DNA from: Eledone cirrhosa
Taxonomy: Eukaryota
Assembly: GCA_964016885.1 (NCBI GenBank)
Contig: OZ024751.1
Coordinates: 37,014,001 to 37,078,000, forward strand
Direction: 5' to 3'
Length of the DNA: 64,000 nt
A program made the translations under genes and the position numbers. Numbering within the stretch: position 1 is the first letter of the stretch; each line of letters opens with the position of its first letter. Under the pieces are notes generated by a model, which searched no databases, had not been told where the DNA came from, and saw only the letters and a list, made by a program, of their open reading frames with translations. Below are positions 1 to 16,376 of this stretch, one piece after another.

Positions 1-1841
1 AAAAATGTATTACTTCAGTAATGGGGTAGATTCTTCTTCTATATCTCTTTCTCCCTCTGTAAACTTCTGTGGAACAAATTGGCTGTGTTCAGACCAGGAG
101 TGTAGATGAGTTTAACCTGGTTTAAAATGGCCGTATGCCATGACGGCAAGACCAAGTTCCCGAGTACCTTCACCTTCAATGTAGGATTAAGCATCATTGG
201 TGACAAAAGAATTCCACAAATAAACGTGTGCCTGTGTGTGTGTGTATGTACGTATCTATGTATGAAGTATGGGTAGATGTATTGGCTCAGTCGAAGATAA
301 CAACTGAAAGCTCATCGTCGAAAGAGACGCAAGATCCACCATCATCATCATGAGTACGATTGAAAATATAGCCCAAACACTGAAACATCCACGTTTCTTT
401 CCTAAAAGTGGTTTTAATTTTGCAGATATATCTCTAGAACCAGGCACACACCTAGCCACCAATGTAACGTTTCTATCACTATCGCTACTGATCGATAACA
501 TACGTACAATTAAGATATTGGAAAGTAATTACAGAAGTTTTACATTATTTTCCAAGTTAGTAAGTAAAAAAAAAATGATGATGATGATGTTGACAATGAT
601 GATAGTAGTAGTGGTAGTAGTAGAAAAGGTAAAGATTTTTCAGCTTGGAAAGGAAATAACTTGCAAAATTTGACAGGTGAGATTTGCTAAGGTGACAGAT
701 GCTTTAAGAATGAACAATCTTAGTTAGGAACCGTACATTTATTATTTCTTCTGCAGGTGTTACGGTTCTATCCATAGGCAACAGATCTAAGATTTCTAGC
801 TTACGGGCTTCAGACCATACGTAATCAAGAAAATGTTCAATAGACAAAAGTGAAGAACTAATAATCTTAAATGAAAAAAGTTTTATATAGACATTCGTCG
901 TTTGAAATAACCTCCGTGTGATAGACTAAATTATGTTTCCTATGGAGAGAACGCCGACGGTACAAATACATAGTAAAATCACTTGGTTTTTCCACCATTC
1001 AAATAATTTGTGATTATGAAAACGTACGAAATGTAATGAATTTCTTATTTTCAAAACGAGGGCAAACGGAGTGTGAAGGAGAATTTCTTATGCAACGCCA
1101 AGAGGAAAATATAATATATTATATTATCTATTGAATATTGGAACTTACGTTAAGACAAATTAAAAGACATAACTATTACATACACACATACACATAGGAA
1201 CACACTCACTCTCACACACACACACACATATGCACTCACACTCACTCACATACATAGAGATATAGATATATGTAGGTATTTACACACATGCATACAGATA
1301 TGCACACACACACATTCATGTAGACATGAACACATATTTATAAATCTGTATATATCAATCTTCTTCCCCTTCTTTCCTTACATATGTAGATATATATTTA
1401 TATAAACACACGCACATATACACACATTATACATACATACACACGTACATACATACACACATATATATATATATGAAGGCATGTATACATATATATGTAG
1501 ACTGAGAGAGAGAGATATGTTCTTTTATCCTAAATATATGCTTGTATATTAAAATAAATGTAGGAATATTAAAAAAAAAACGATATGTATATTAAAGGAT
1601 ATGTTAAGAAAAGTATAAAAGACATAATAACGGAAATATTAAGAGATATGTATATAAAAACATACATCTATATTTATATACCTACTTTAATATTTATAGA
1701 TTATATTTTTTCCTAATATATATGTATTTTATGATCATGTATATACATATAAATATACACAAACATAGACAATCACAAACGCATACATATACGCTTAAAT
1801 AAAATGTGTATTTATGTACACACACACCCACCCACCTCCTT

Positions 1842-1932
<91 letters not shown>

Positions 1933-2316
1933 GTATGTATATATATTTATATATATACGTATATATATATATATATATACGTATATATAAATATATAAAT
2001 ATATATATATACACACACACACATATACACAAGTAATTTTATCTCCCTTCAACACATCTTCCCTCATGTTTACTATTTTTACTCTATTTCTTCTTTTATT
2101 TCTTTAGCCCTCTATGTTTACTCTATCGCAGGCCTCTTTCGTTTTTTTCTTTCTTTAGTTCTCTAAGATATCTTCTCTTTTTCCTTCTTTCTTTTCTATT
2201 TTTCTTAGATCTTCTACTCCCCCACCATCCCACCATTTCCTTCCTCCTATCTCTCTATCTCTCTATCTATCTATATTTCTCATAGAACTTCTACTCCGTC
2301 TTACCCCCACCCCTCA

Positions 2317-2347
<31 letters not shown>

Positions 2348-3266
2348 ACAGCATTTCCCCGTTCTTCTATCGAGATTAAAAACTTCTTCACTTCTCTTCA
2401 CCTAAAATGGCCGATTGCCAACATGTTCACCATTTATCATGGAAAAGTTAAAGAAATTTAATAAAGTTAGGATTTCGATCTGCATATTTCTCCATTGCCC
2501 ATAAATATCCGGCAGATATTGCCTGTCAAAGTCACTGTTGTACTAGAACCACCATCAAAGAAAAACAGCGCCGCAGTAGATTTGTTCCACGAAGATTTCT
2601 TCATGCTAACTAAGCAGACACCAAACGAAAGGATTATGATGTTTTATTAAACACATTAGTTATAGATATTTTGCTGGTTGATTCTTTGCTTTATACAACC
2701 CACCTCACCAATGAATCAGAAAGAAAATCAGAATGAGAATCAGTATGTGAAATAAAATGTCTGGGCTTCGGCTGTTCTATCTGTGTGAAAAATAGTTTAA
2801 ATACTTTTGTAGATAAATATGTATATTCCATTTTTACTTCTGGTTCATATTTATATTTCTCTCAATAATATTCTTTAATATTTCCTCGTAGCTATATATA
2901 TATATATAAGTATATTTACATATATAATGTTGTGTGCTTATGTGTACATTTGTATATATATAAATAAATAAAATAAAATTATATAAATATATATATATAT
3001 TCCATAGACATATTTGTCTACTTCCAGCCTCTTGATTTCTTTTTAGTCATTTCTTCTTTCTGACTAACATCACTGAAGTGTCTCTGGCATATATATATTC
3101 ATTCGCCTACATGCACCAACACACTCTCAGATATTGGGAGGGTATTTTAAATAAACAATATTTATTACCCTCACATTCCTAAACAATAGACCACAGCAGT
3201 ATAAATAACAATAGATTAATCAATATATATATATATGTATGTGTTTGTGTATGCATATCTCTCCCC

Positions 3267-3388
<122 letters not shown>

Positions 3389-4242
3389 CATAAGTGTAAA
3401 TGAGAGTGCTCAGACGCAGAAAGGATATAAAGATAGCTTATAAAATAGGGCGTGAAGACCCTTGAAAGACGGTAAAAGAATTTGCCAATGACCGTCTTGA
3501 GGAATTGGACCCCATATCTTCCAGATACCGGCTAGCTGGTAGATATGGGAGTTCAATTCCTTATAGCGGTTAATTGATTGGCTGGTTGGCTGGTTGATTA
3601 GCTTGTTGGTGGATTGCTTACAAGTTAGCTGTGATAATACATATACCCCCCCCCCCACCACCACACACACACATACACACACACACAAACATCCTCAGAG
3701 CTTCAAAAGCCGAAAATTTGGCTTCGTACATTGTTAACGCACGACCGTCTGCCTGTCAGTCTCTCTGAAAGATTCTACTTGTAATTCTCAAATAATAGTT
3801 TTTAGTAAATGATCAAACTTTCTGATAATTCATGTGGTGCTCGAAGTTTAACAACACAGTCCCTAAGATAAAATAACGATGAAATGTGATAAATATGAAC
3901 ATTTTGAAATAAACAGATATGTATCATAAAACCAGGCATTCTGATATCAAAAGGGTTAAAAGATAAAGTGTAATCATTACTGAACGTACAACGAACAACA
4001 TATTCATTGCCAATTGGGGGAAATATGGCGGCCGTTAGACAACTAAATCTTCCTCCGGAATTGAAGAGTTCAAATGTTCCTGCTTGTAATTGTATTGTAA
4101 TATTTACAGATGCAAAATACTATAATTACAAGCTAAAACTAAATGCAATGAGAAATAAAAGAGAGAAAATAAAATGGAACGAAAAGAACAATATACATAT
4201 ATATATATTTAATTCTTTGTGCGCACATCCCCACATCCACAC

Positions 4243-4281
<39 letters not shown>

Positions 4282-5270
4282 AATTAACAGCAGGAAAGGG
4301 GAAAATAAAGAAAAATAAATATAAAGAGAATCTGAATAATGAATTTAAACGGATAATGAATAAATAATAGGTAAAAATGAGTAGAGTTGGCCTTGGTGTC
4401 AGCTTTCTACGTAGCTTAGGACTGTTACTACTCCAACGATAAATAAAACTCAACGATGTCTTACTTTCTAACCATCATTCTTAACCCCCCCCCCCCCCCA
4501 CACACACACACGATCACACACACACACACGAACACACGATCACACACACACGCGCATAAACGCATGCATACACTCATACATACGCCAGCGAGCGCAGGAA
4601 CATTGCTTTAGCTTTCAGGCAATTTTGAATTATTAATAAAGACTTGAATATGAGAGCAAATGAAAGGTGACGTAAATGAAGAGAAGATACATACTGCTTG
4701 GAAGTAGTGAAATTAGAGAGATGGAAAGGTGAAGGTTAAAGGTTCTAATCTGGGGCAACTATGACAGGGATAAATACATTAACGAAATGATAAGACTTGG
4801 GTAATGGAAAAGATGATAAATATACGAATAAATAAACGAAACATAATTTTGCATTGTACAAAATAACACTATGAATGTATATGTGTATGTTTATATGTGT
4901 ATGTATGTATGTATGTATGTATGTATGTATGTATGTATATACGTGCGTGCGTGCGTGTGTATGTATGTATTTATGTATGTATGTATATAGATATGTATAT
5001 ATGTAGGTAGGTAGGTATGTATATATGTATGTATGTAGGTATATATGTATGCATGTGTGTGTATATGAGTATATATGTATGTATATATTTATCCAAGTAC
5101 GTATACATATATATGCATACACACATATACATAAACATACATACACATTTATATACGTGTAGCTGTATATATATATATATATATATATATACACCTACAC
5201 GTATATAAATATGTGTATGTGTGTTTATGTGTATGTGTGTTTATGAGTATGTGTGTATGCATACAATTAC

Positions 5271-5330
<60 letters not shown>

Positions 5331-6069
5331 GTAATTGTATATTTGGAAAATACACAGAAACTAATGAAACTAAGAAGTGGTGTGTGTATGTATGTGTATG
5401 TGTGTATGTGTGTTTGTATAAGTGTGTGTGTGTGTGTAACAGTGAGTGAGAAAGAGCTCAAAAAGATTCACAAATATCCACCCGCTAAAAAATTAATATA
5501 AAAACAAGAACAACATATACAACAACAATAACAATAACAATAACAATAACAATACAAACAAAAACCCTTCAGAAAATTGATTGAGGAATGATAAGAATCC
5601 CATACATAGTAATGATATTTGGATATCACTGAAACTCTTTCTCCTATTACTAGTGCCTATGACAATGACGACCTTGTTGTCAGGGACGACAGTGACTGTG
5701 ACAACGATGGCGATGATAACGTCTGTGTAGTTTGCGAAGATGGAGGTGACGTCGGGAGTTGTGATAGAAGCGATGGTGGTATTGTCAACGGGGAGTTTCT
5801 GATGTGGACCTTATTGAATTAATGTTGGCGTCTGTGGTCGTCAATGTCCATGTAGGATCTATCAATGTGTATACACACATTATTCGTGTATACACACATT
5901 ATTCGTGCATACACATACGTATACATAAACATACACACAAATGCGCGCGCAGGCAGGCACACCCGCACGCACACAAACACACATATTGTATTTAGATCTA
6001 GTGATCTTGCTCTTTTAAAAAATATACCTCTCCCTCACTCTCTCTCTATATTTATATATAATGGAAAAA

Positions 6070-6465
6070 TTTGAACAGGAACAAAACAGAGAGGCAGTAC
6101 AACGAATGTTTATTAATTTCACGCTCTGGAGAGTGGGGTGGTGGTGGGGAACGACGTTTCGGGCATAAGCCCTTCCTCAGGTGAGAAGTGTGTGGGAACA
6201 GAGTTCAAAGGGTGTGTAGGGGAGTGGTGGAGAGACATAGCGAAAGGAAACGGTGCGAATGAAATTAAAAATAAAAATAAAAATAAAGCATGATCAAAAT
6301 AAAAGGAATGAAATAAAAATAAATATAAAAGCATGATCAAAATAAACTGAAATTAAAAAGGGGTAAAACAGGTGATGGAAGGGTGTGGGGTGTGTAGGGG
6401 TGGCGGCGGGTGGAGTGGGGAGAGGGAGACGGGGTGTCCGAGCGGGGAGGGCTGAAGGTGGTGTG
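6070..6465 (-). mobile_element. Penelope-like element 3' fragment (pLTR-like) with HHR motif
   Basis: Minus strand has pyrimidine-rich UTR-like sequence, then CCTGAGGAAGGGCTTATGCCCGAAACGTCG, then AATAAA (6109-6114). This order is typical of Penelope-like element ends; bounded by microsatellites. Confidence 0.6.
6151..6182 (-). ncRNA. Minimal type-I hammerhead ribozyme motif
   Basis: CUGAGGA-a-GGGC(uuau)GCCC-GAAAC-GUC; stem II is 4 bp, palindromic ACGU stands in for stem III, stem I is only 2 bp. Confidence 0.7.
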
Positions 6466-6482
6466 TGTGTGTAGACACACAC

Positions 6483-6513
<31 letters not shown>

Positions 6514-6941
6514 CTTGCATGCGCGCGTATTTGTGCCTATATTTATGTATATGTGTGTGTATACATGTATATCTGAATTTATCTATTCTTATATATATAT
6601 ACATATATATATAATAAGAAAAATATGAAGACTAGCTTTCCACAATTTATTATATTACATAATTTACTATAAGACACGACGTCTTCAGACAACATCTGAT
6701 GCAAGCATTTAGAACAGAATTCCACTTTGAAGATAAATTTCTCTCGTCTTTCCGATTATTCCTGTGAGTAAGCAATTATTTAAAAAAAAATACGCTTGTT
6801 CTTCGATACGAAGCTGTTTATTTTAAAATGTTTATATATATCCGAAAATCTGCTATTATAATTCTATATAAGAACCTTAGTAAAGTTATATTCCAAATAT
6901 GAACTTAATAATGACAAATGTAGTCATATTATTCACTCCCA

Positions 6942-7135
6942 GGGCGGTGGATTGGCAGTATCGGTAGAGGGTCAGAGGCCATGCTTTGACGAATAGAGTT
7001 ACGGCCCTTTATGGTCTGAGTTCAAATCCCGCCGAGGTTAACTTTGCCTTTCATCCTTACAGGGTCGATAAAATAAAGTACCAGTAATACACTGGGATAA
7101 TTGCTAGCCTTGTGCCAAAAGTAGAAAGAATTATT
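6942..7135 (+). mobile_element. tRNA-derived SINE, family A (octopus-type), full length
   Basis: GGGCGGTGGATTGGCAG head, B-box GAGTTCAAATCC, core CCTTTCATCCTTACAGGGTCGATAAAATAAAGTACCAG; degenerate 13-bp TSD ATTATTCACTCCC/ATTATTAACTGCC. Confidence 0.9.
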
Positions 7136-8004
7136 AACTGCCTTCAAATTCATGATCATTTTCAAAATGATTTGAAAATTATAGACAATGTGATTCATTA
7201 GAAATAGGGTATTGAACGGGTTAAAGTCCTCAAATGGCAGAAGAAATGAGCAATTTGTGACGTTCATATGTTTTCTTGAAGCAGAACTAAAATAACATTC
7301 TTGTAATAGAGTATATATCTACACTAAATCACAAAGAGAGCAAGTAAGAAATATACCTAGCTTTTATTTTCTTTGTGTGAATATTGTCAGTGACTGTTTC
7401 ATTTATAAGGTCAAAACACTCTGTCTCATTGACAGTGCCAATAATCTTTTAGTGTTGTTCAATATATGATTGTCATATCAATTCTTACTTCCCTTCCTAA
7501 GAAATATATAAGCTTATGTGCGTAATTCATAATAGAGAACAACGACTCTTAAACAAGTAGGTGTCTATCGTATTTGGATATTTCACTGTTCTGACATTAA
7601 AACTCACTATTGTCACTTTAGAGGTAATAGAGATTATATCAGATAATTATCAGTTAAACATTTGTAATAGAAGTAGAGGGGTGGAGAAATCTGTTCATTT
7701 GTTCGTTGACGAACAATTGATTTTAACTCAAAACAAATTGTAGGGAATAGAGATTTCAGGAATATAATGCATTATGACATTATCTGTCTGGTGTTTTTCT
7801 TGTCGTATGACATAGGAACAATAGTTAGAGGCACAGGTTGAGACCGCTAAGCCAGATCATGGCATCATCTGCAATAATGTAGAGTGCCTCCAGGCCACCA
7901 GTTATACGTCAGAGGAGGCAATGCCGAACAACACGCAGTACTGTTTGGTCAGGGTTCCCTCAATCATAGGCTGGTCTTTCATTTTTCATCGACGGAGATG
8001 ATGG

Positions 8005-8122
8005 CCTGTTTACGTCTATGAAGTTCCACAAAAGTGACGTTGATAAAACAGACTATAGTCAATAGAAGATCCTTTCTTAACTGCCGATCAGAAGGACTGA
8101 AACTTAAACCACTCAGTTTAGG
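8005..8122 (-). mobile_element. Degenerate SINE, family C
   Basis: Diverged reverse-complement similarity to the 31833-31985 type (GTTTACGTCTA...GACTATAG...AGAAGA...GGACTGAAAC). Confidence 0.5.
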
Positions 8123-8424
8123 TTATGCTTGTGTGTGTGCCTTAATATATGTATGAATGTATAAAGACAAACATACATAAAAAGACGAACATATTCACAA
8201 ACAAACCACACAATTACATGCTGTGTATGAGTTAGTTAATATATACATTTTCTGAGAAACTAAATCTACACATTTAATCGCCCAGCATAACATAAATTTT
8301 ATTAATCATGGCTGTGGGAAGATAACGACTAGAACTTCGAATGATTCTGTCTAATCTCAGAGCGTTTGCTCCTGATAAAGAGATATTGTAAGTAGGCGCA
8401 TGCGTAACTCCATGTATACACATG

Positions 8425-8490
<66 letters not shown>

Positions 8491-8533
8491 TCTCTCTCTT
8501 TCTCTCTCTCTATATATATTTATTTGTATATAG

Positions 8534-8572
<39 letters not shown>

Positions 8573-8599
8573 AGTGTCTATGAATATAAACGTATATAA

Positions 8600-8630
<31 letters not shown>

Positions 8631-9054
8631 TGTATGTATGTATGTATGTATGTATGTATGTATGTATGTATGTATGTATGTATGTATGTATGTGTGCTAG
8701 TGGTAATATCTTAATATATGCCTTAACAGTATAAGTACATATACAGAAATAAATAATCATGTGTGTATACATGCAAGTAAATATGTCTTTATACGTAGCT
8801 ATGCATATTTACACATACACATATATATTAAACGTTAAAACCTCATAATCTTATATTTAGATAAATTATATAACACACCCTTAGGAAATGGCTAAAATGA
8901 TAAAAAATAATTCAGATGTAATATTTCATGTCCACACACACACATACACCCCCCACACACAGGCACACACTTATGTATACATATATATATATATATACAC
9001 AAACACACGAACATAAACGAACGCACACACATACACACACACGCACATATATCT

Positions 9055-9085
<31 letters not shown>

Positions 9086-9409
9086 TCTATATATATATAT
9101 CTATATGGGTATATTTGTGTCTGTTGATATTTTTGTAAGTATTCATGTTCAATACATAATAAATCAACAGATATTATACTTGTATCACTATGTGTATGTT
9201 TATATGTATGTATGGACTTTTTCTAACCCCCCCCCCCCACAACACACACACATATATATATATATGCATATATACATGCATGTATATATGCAGCATCTCA
9301 TATACACACTCATCCACGAAAATTCTGATACCTAATGTGAAGAACATGTACTCTTGCAATTTAGTACAATTTTCTATACTTAATCCGTCTCTACGCCTAC
9401 AAACATATA

Positions 9410-10140
<731 letters not shown>

Positions 10141-10848
10141 TTCCCGCGTGTTACTACACCACCAAATGTCTTGCAGGTTTATTCCACGAATCCCCAACAC
10201 ATTTTTAGTAAATATTATTTCACAGTACCACTTCTTTAGTCTCCCCCACCACTCCACATTGATATATATAACATGCAGATACACATCTCCGAACTCACAT
10301 CGAGGAGTGAAACGAAAAGAAATACAAGAGAAAAAATGTGAAACCTAAAGGTCTTGTCATTTTTGACAGAGTCTTTACTAACAGTAAAATGATTCATTGG
10401 ACTTCTCTCTCTCTCTTCCTCATTCCTACTCCTGTCCCTCTCCCCCACTTTTCAAGAAAGGCGTTTATTAGATCGAACAGCGGCGAATGCATTTCTATAA
10501 TTCATCTTAGTTTTGCACCATTTCATCGTAATCTTTCCTCCCATGTTTCCATTTCCGCCGGAAGCGATGTCGGCATTCATTTTCGAAAAAGCTAATCAAT
10601 GTTTTGAAAATTGCGTTTTTCGGAAAATTGTTAATAATTTACGAAAACCTTCTCGCTGGAAACAAAAGAGTGTTTTCTCATTCTCTTTGTGTGTAAAAGA
10701 GTTCTGGCATTTTATCATGAGAAATTTAAATTGAGTTTTCTTTCCCTCGTACTATGACATTTAATCTTCCTGAAGCTTGTTGGACATCTTCCAGTCATGT
10801 TTCCTGCTTATCTCTCCTGATGCATACGATGTATATATACATATATAA

Positions 10849-10957
<109 letters not shown>

Positions 10958-11211
10958 ATAGTGTAATATAGTACTGTGTTGAGTTGGAGAATGTCTAAAC
11001 ACACAGTAATACTGAACCTGAGAGATGAAAATAGTATAAATAAATAAATAAACCAGGTTTGTGGGGTGTTGCTGGTAATTCCCGCAAGAGGAAAGTGAGA
11101 TATCGCTATAACTACATGCACATTTTAGATAACAACCCGAATATATAAATAATATTCCAGCTACATCATTTGAAGAAGAGTACGTTTGAGGAGATGTAGA
11201 ATAGCAATTAT

Positions 11212-11351
<140 letters not shown>

Positions 11352-11651
11352 ATATAAATTAATAAAAATAATGAATAAAAACAAAGAAACAGTTCCTTAT
11401 ATTAAAAAATTCATCATTTTACGATCGTTTCTAGGATATATATATGTGTGTTGGTATGTATATCATATAGATCTATGTAAAAAATTTACAAACTATCAGA
11501 GGTAATATACATACGGTATATTTTGGTACATTTATCTACATATATATATATATATATATACACACACATTTGATCTCATTCTGAGGCAGTTTGGAATGGC
11601 GCCAGTTTGAAATTTTGAACTCGGGAATTTTATATTCTCCGAGAGAGAAAT

Positions 11652-11736
11652 GCCTTCTGACGATAATCTCTTTCTCAATGTAATTAATTCCGGCTGGATT
11701 ATCTATTCGTTTGGAATTTGAAACCGCGGTAATGGG
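11652..11736 (+). ncRNA. Candidate type-I hammerhead ribozyme with extended stem II
   Basis: CTGACGA (11657-11663) ... GAA-ACCGCGGT-A (perfect 8-nt palindromic stem III, GUA triplet at 11729-11731); stem I CCTT/ATGG imperfect; lies in a TA-flanked island. Confidence 0.45.
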
Positions 11737-11808
11737 ACATATAGTAAGTACAGTGAACTTTTTAAAATTTATTTTAAATTTTTTTCTTTATTTGCTTTCC
11801 CTTGATTT

Positions 11809-11926
<118 letters not shown>

Positions 11927-12464
11927 TAAGCATTTACAGAGAAAAACAGAAAGCAGAGAGGAAGAGTGAGAGTGAGATAGAGAGAAAGCTTATATAGACA
12001 TCGACAATGGAATGTTCATGTGTTTGTGTAAGTCTTAAAAAATTGTATTTGACGAATTATATTGTTGTTGTTGTTGTTATTATTATTGTTTTATTAACGA
12101 GTTTTAAGAACGTCTTCAAACAGCCTCTGTATAGGAATTGAATTTCCAACGTTCATACTTAATGCAACAAATTTCGTTATGTTAATTAATTTTTAGAAAC
12201 GGAAGACTTCGGAAAAATACATTCCAATGATAAGACGCTGACGAAGATCACACCAAAGATATGTCACACCAATGACATATCACACTACATGACCTCTCAC
12301 ACCAATGATCTCTCACACCATATGACCTACCATAACATATGTAGACATTCCCACTGGAGATTAGATAATTTTCGTCTCGACCAAAGCAGAAAATACTCAC
12401 GGACACCATCGTTAACATGTGGACAACCCAATATGAAAGCCCGAACTCACAGAAAGTTAACGGT

Positions 12465-12775
12465 AGCATACTATGGTTTACTGGTCATAGAGTTGGGTTT
12501 TCAATGTGGAGATTGGGAGTTCAATCCCCGGACAGGTTGATGCGTTGTGTTCTTAAGCAAGACATTATTTCAGTCCACCTATCGATGGAAATGATTTGCA
12601 ATATCACAGGAGTCAAGCAGAATCGATATTTACCTTTCCTTTCGACAACATCGGTGACGCGGAGAAAAGAAACTGGTACGCATGAGTGATTGCTGGTCTT
12701 CCACAAAAATATCTTGCCAAGGCTTGTGCCTCAGAGCTAATCTTTCTAGGTGCAAAACCCATGGTCAGTGGCGTG
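12465..12775 (+). mobile_element. tRNA-derived SINE, family B, diverged
   Basis: B-box GAGTTCAATCCC followed by GCGTTGTGTTCTTAAGCAAGACA, matching the copy at 36308. Confidence 0.7.
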
Positions 12776-12800
12776 TTGTCTTAATTATTTTGTTGTTTCT

Positions 12801-13077
<277 letters not shown>

Positions 13078-13080
<3 letters not shown>

Positions 13081-13145
13081 AACCATTGACACATAGTGCT
13101 GGGCCCATGGTAGGACAACCATTGACACATAGTGCTGGGCCCATG
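13078..13145 (+). repeat. Two-copy tandem duplication (32-bp identical unit)
   Basis: GACAACCATTGACACATAGTGCTGGGCCCATG occurs twice. Confidence 0.95.
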
Positions 13146-13923
13146 TGAGGACAAGTGCAGAGAGATCTCCAGATATAAAGCAATGCCTGTGCCGTGAAGC
13201 TTTTATAGTGAGCAAAGGCACTGCACAAAGCCAGTCCCACTCTCTTAACCAAGATGATATTTACCAAAAAGAAGAACAAGTCAACATCATTGGATACGTA
13301 TATATATATATATATATATATATATACGCACAATAAAGGAAATGGACATAATTATTGTAAAACGAAATATAAATATATTGAAACAAAGAAAATAAGATAA
13401 TGTATATATGATGTTTAATACGAACAACATCGATGTTGAAGCCTCGTCTTAAAATAACAGGAATAACGCCGGTTTTCATGCACACCTTTGCTTATATCAA
13501 GACCAATAAGAAATTCCTTGTTATTGACAAAATATAGTACAGGAAAATGTTTAGTATGAATGCGTCGTAAGGTATTCCGACTCATTGCCCGAGGAATTTG
13601 TCTAATGCTGCCTTACGAAGGGAGGTAAGTTCTATGTTCTCTAAAAACAATTTATAAATGTACTTTGTCCATCGAATGTGGCAAACTGAACGATAATATT
13701 TTATTTTCGGGACCAAGATGACAACATTTTCTTGGTAAAATTATATTACATATTCTATGTAGAGGATGCTTTTTCAGTTGTTTGATGTTTGTTTGTCCTT
13801 ATGTATCAATACACAAAATACACGCCCATTAATATGTATATATAGATGAAATATATATCTTCACCCAAATATATACATATACATATTATACGTACACAAA
13901 TATATATATATGTATTATGAATG

Positions 13924-14052
<129 letters not shown>

Positions 14053-14612
14053 AATATATAAACATCGCCTAAAAATATACATACCTCTATACGTACGCTA
14101 TACATATATACATTATAAATGTCATTCTATTCTATAAGTATATAGGTTTTATGTACATGTGCCATATAGTTTATTGAACAAGTAATTTTCGTTTGAAAGA
14201 CTGGTTTGTTTTATTTGGTTTACTCGTTTAACTTTTTATATAATTCTTTTGCATTTATTTATTAGTATTTATTTTTGTATTTTTTTTTTTTTGTATTTCT
14301 GAAGATAAGTTTTATAAAAGTCTGCATCAGTATGAAAGCATCGCTTAACTGCAGTTAAACGACTTCGGAAAGTTGAAAGGAAGAATAATAATTGGCTCTT
14401 CTGATAGGGGTATGTACTGTTAATTCAGCTAGGTTTGTAAGTACGTAAGTATATACGTATATACATACATATATACATACATACACACACACACATTATA
14501 TATATATATTTATATATATATGTGTGTGTGTGTGTCTGTACATATCAGTCTCTGTGGCTGTAATTGTTGGTGGGTGACTAAATATGTTTCTATCTCCCCA
14601 TTATTTCTTTCT

Positions 14613-14671
<59 letters not shown>

Positions 14672-14799
14672 CATACATGCATATATATATATGCACACAC
14701 ATACGTACATATATACATACACACACTATATATATATATATATATTGCTCTTCTCTCCCTCTATATAGAGAGGGTGATTATCCAAGTGTGTGTGTGACT

Positions 14800-14856
<57 letters not shown>

Positions 14857-15235
14857 TCTGTGTGTGTGTGTGAGAGAGAGAGATAGAGAGATAGAGTGGG
14901 TGTTTTGGTCTCAACGAAACACTTGCGCGATGTATGTGGTACTGATGAGAGACTTTATTAAATAATGGTCCAATTTTGAGAGAATGCAAATGTTGATAAC
15001 TAAAGTCGAAGAACAATTGGTACAGAGCAGGTGCTAACTAAGTTAAGGAATACTTCCGATAAATCCCAGACGCTCAGATCGGCCATTGCTGATGGCAAAC
15101 CACTGTAGATTAATGATATATAATTGAATAAAACACAGCATATATATTCTATGTGGAGCTGATAGTAAATACCACTTTTTTATGTTATGTTTATTTGATT
15201 TTTGTTTGGTTTTGTCCTCTTTTTTCTGTTTTTTT

Positions 15236-15356
<121 letters not shown>

Positions 15357-15434
15357 AGGAAGAAAAATAATTTTTGTATTTGTAGTACAATTGTTTAGAA
15401 GATAGTGTAAGTCAGTGATTGTCAGTACAATTGT

Positions 15435-15715
15435 TTAGTATGTAGTATGGGTCAGGTGAAGGGGCTGAATGATGAGTAGTAGGATTGTATTGTATGCAGA
15501 AAGGACCGGGGTGTGGTTGTCGGTGAGGACTTTATGATGTTTTTGAAATATATCATCAGAGTTTCGGGAGGGCAATAATGTTGCTGAATTGTAATAAATA
15601 ACGGTGAACTGTACAGTTTTTGCTTGCATAGCAGATGGTCGTGGCACCACAGAAAACAGAAACGTTGAGTTAAAATAACTGGTTATGGTTAAAACTAGGA
15701 GAATATTAATAAAAT
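15435..15715 (-). mobile_element. Possible decayed Penelope-like ORF fragment
   Basis: KTVQFTVIYY...IFQKHHKVLTDN..PVLSAY resembles the linker between RT and GIY-YIG in Penelope-like ORFs; judged by eye only. Confidence 0.35.
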
Positions 15716-15867
15716 TAGTGATACAGTGGTCGATAGAAGCACAGGAAATAGTCCCGTATCATCCAACGGTATAAGTATATATACTAAACTGATAAACTAC
15801 ATATATATTAATAGAAGTATACCCACGCAGACACGCGCACCCACGAATGTAAGTATATATATCTCTT

Positions 15868-15963
<96 letters not shown>

Positions 15964-15965
15964 CC

Positions 15966-16005
<40 letters not shown>

Positions 16006-16009
16006 GTAT

Positions 16010-16313
<304 letters not shown>

Positions 16314-16328
16314 TTGTGGGTGTTTGTT

Positions 16329-16370
<42 letters not shown>

Positions 16371-16376
<6 letters not shown>

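Noticed and set aside
644-825. Possible small exon-intron-exon (CAG|GTGAGA at 677, TTCTTCTGCAG at 756)
   Set aside because: No recognisable or extended reading frame; isolated splice-like signals are common.
5619-5822. Peptide DNVCVVCEDGGDVGSCDRS resembling the start of a PHD finger
   Set aside because: Remaining Cys/His ligands are absent, there is no splice framework, and it lies in a decayed GAT/GGT trinucleotide tract.
6942-7035. tRNA gene (A/B-box-like heads here and in other copies)
   Set aside because: No cloverleaf; these are SINE heads.
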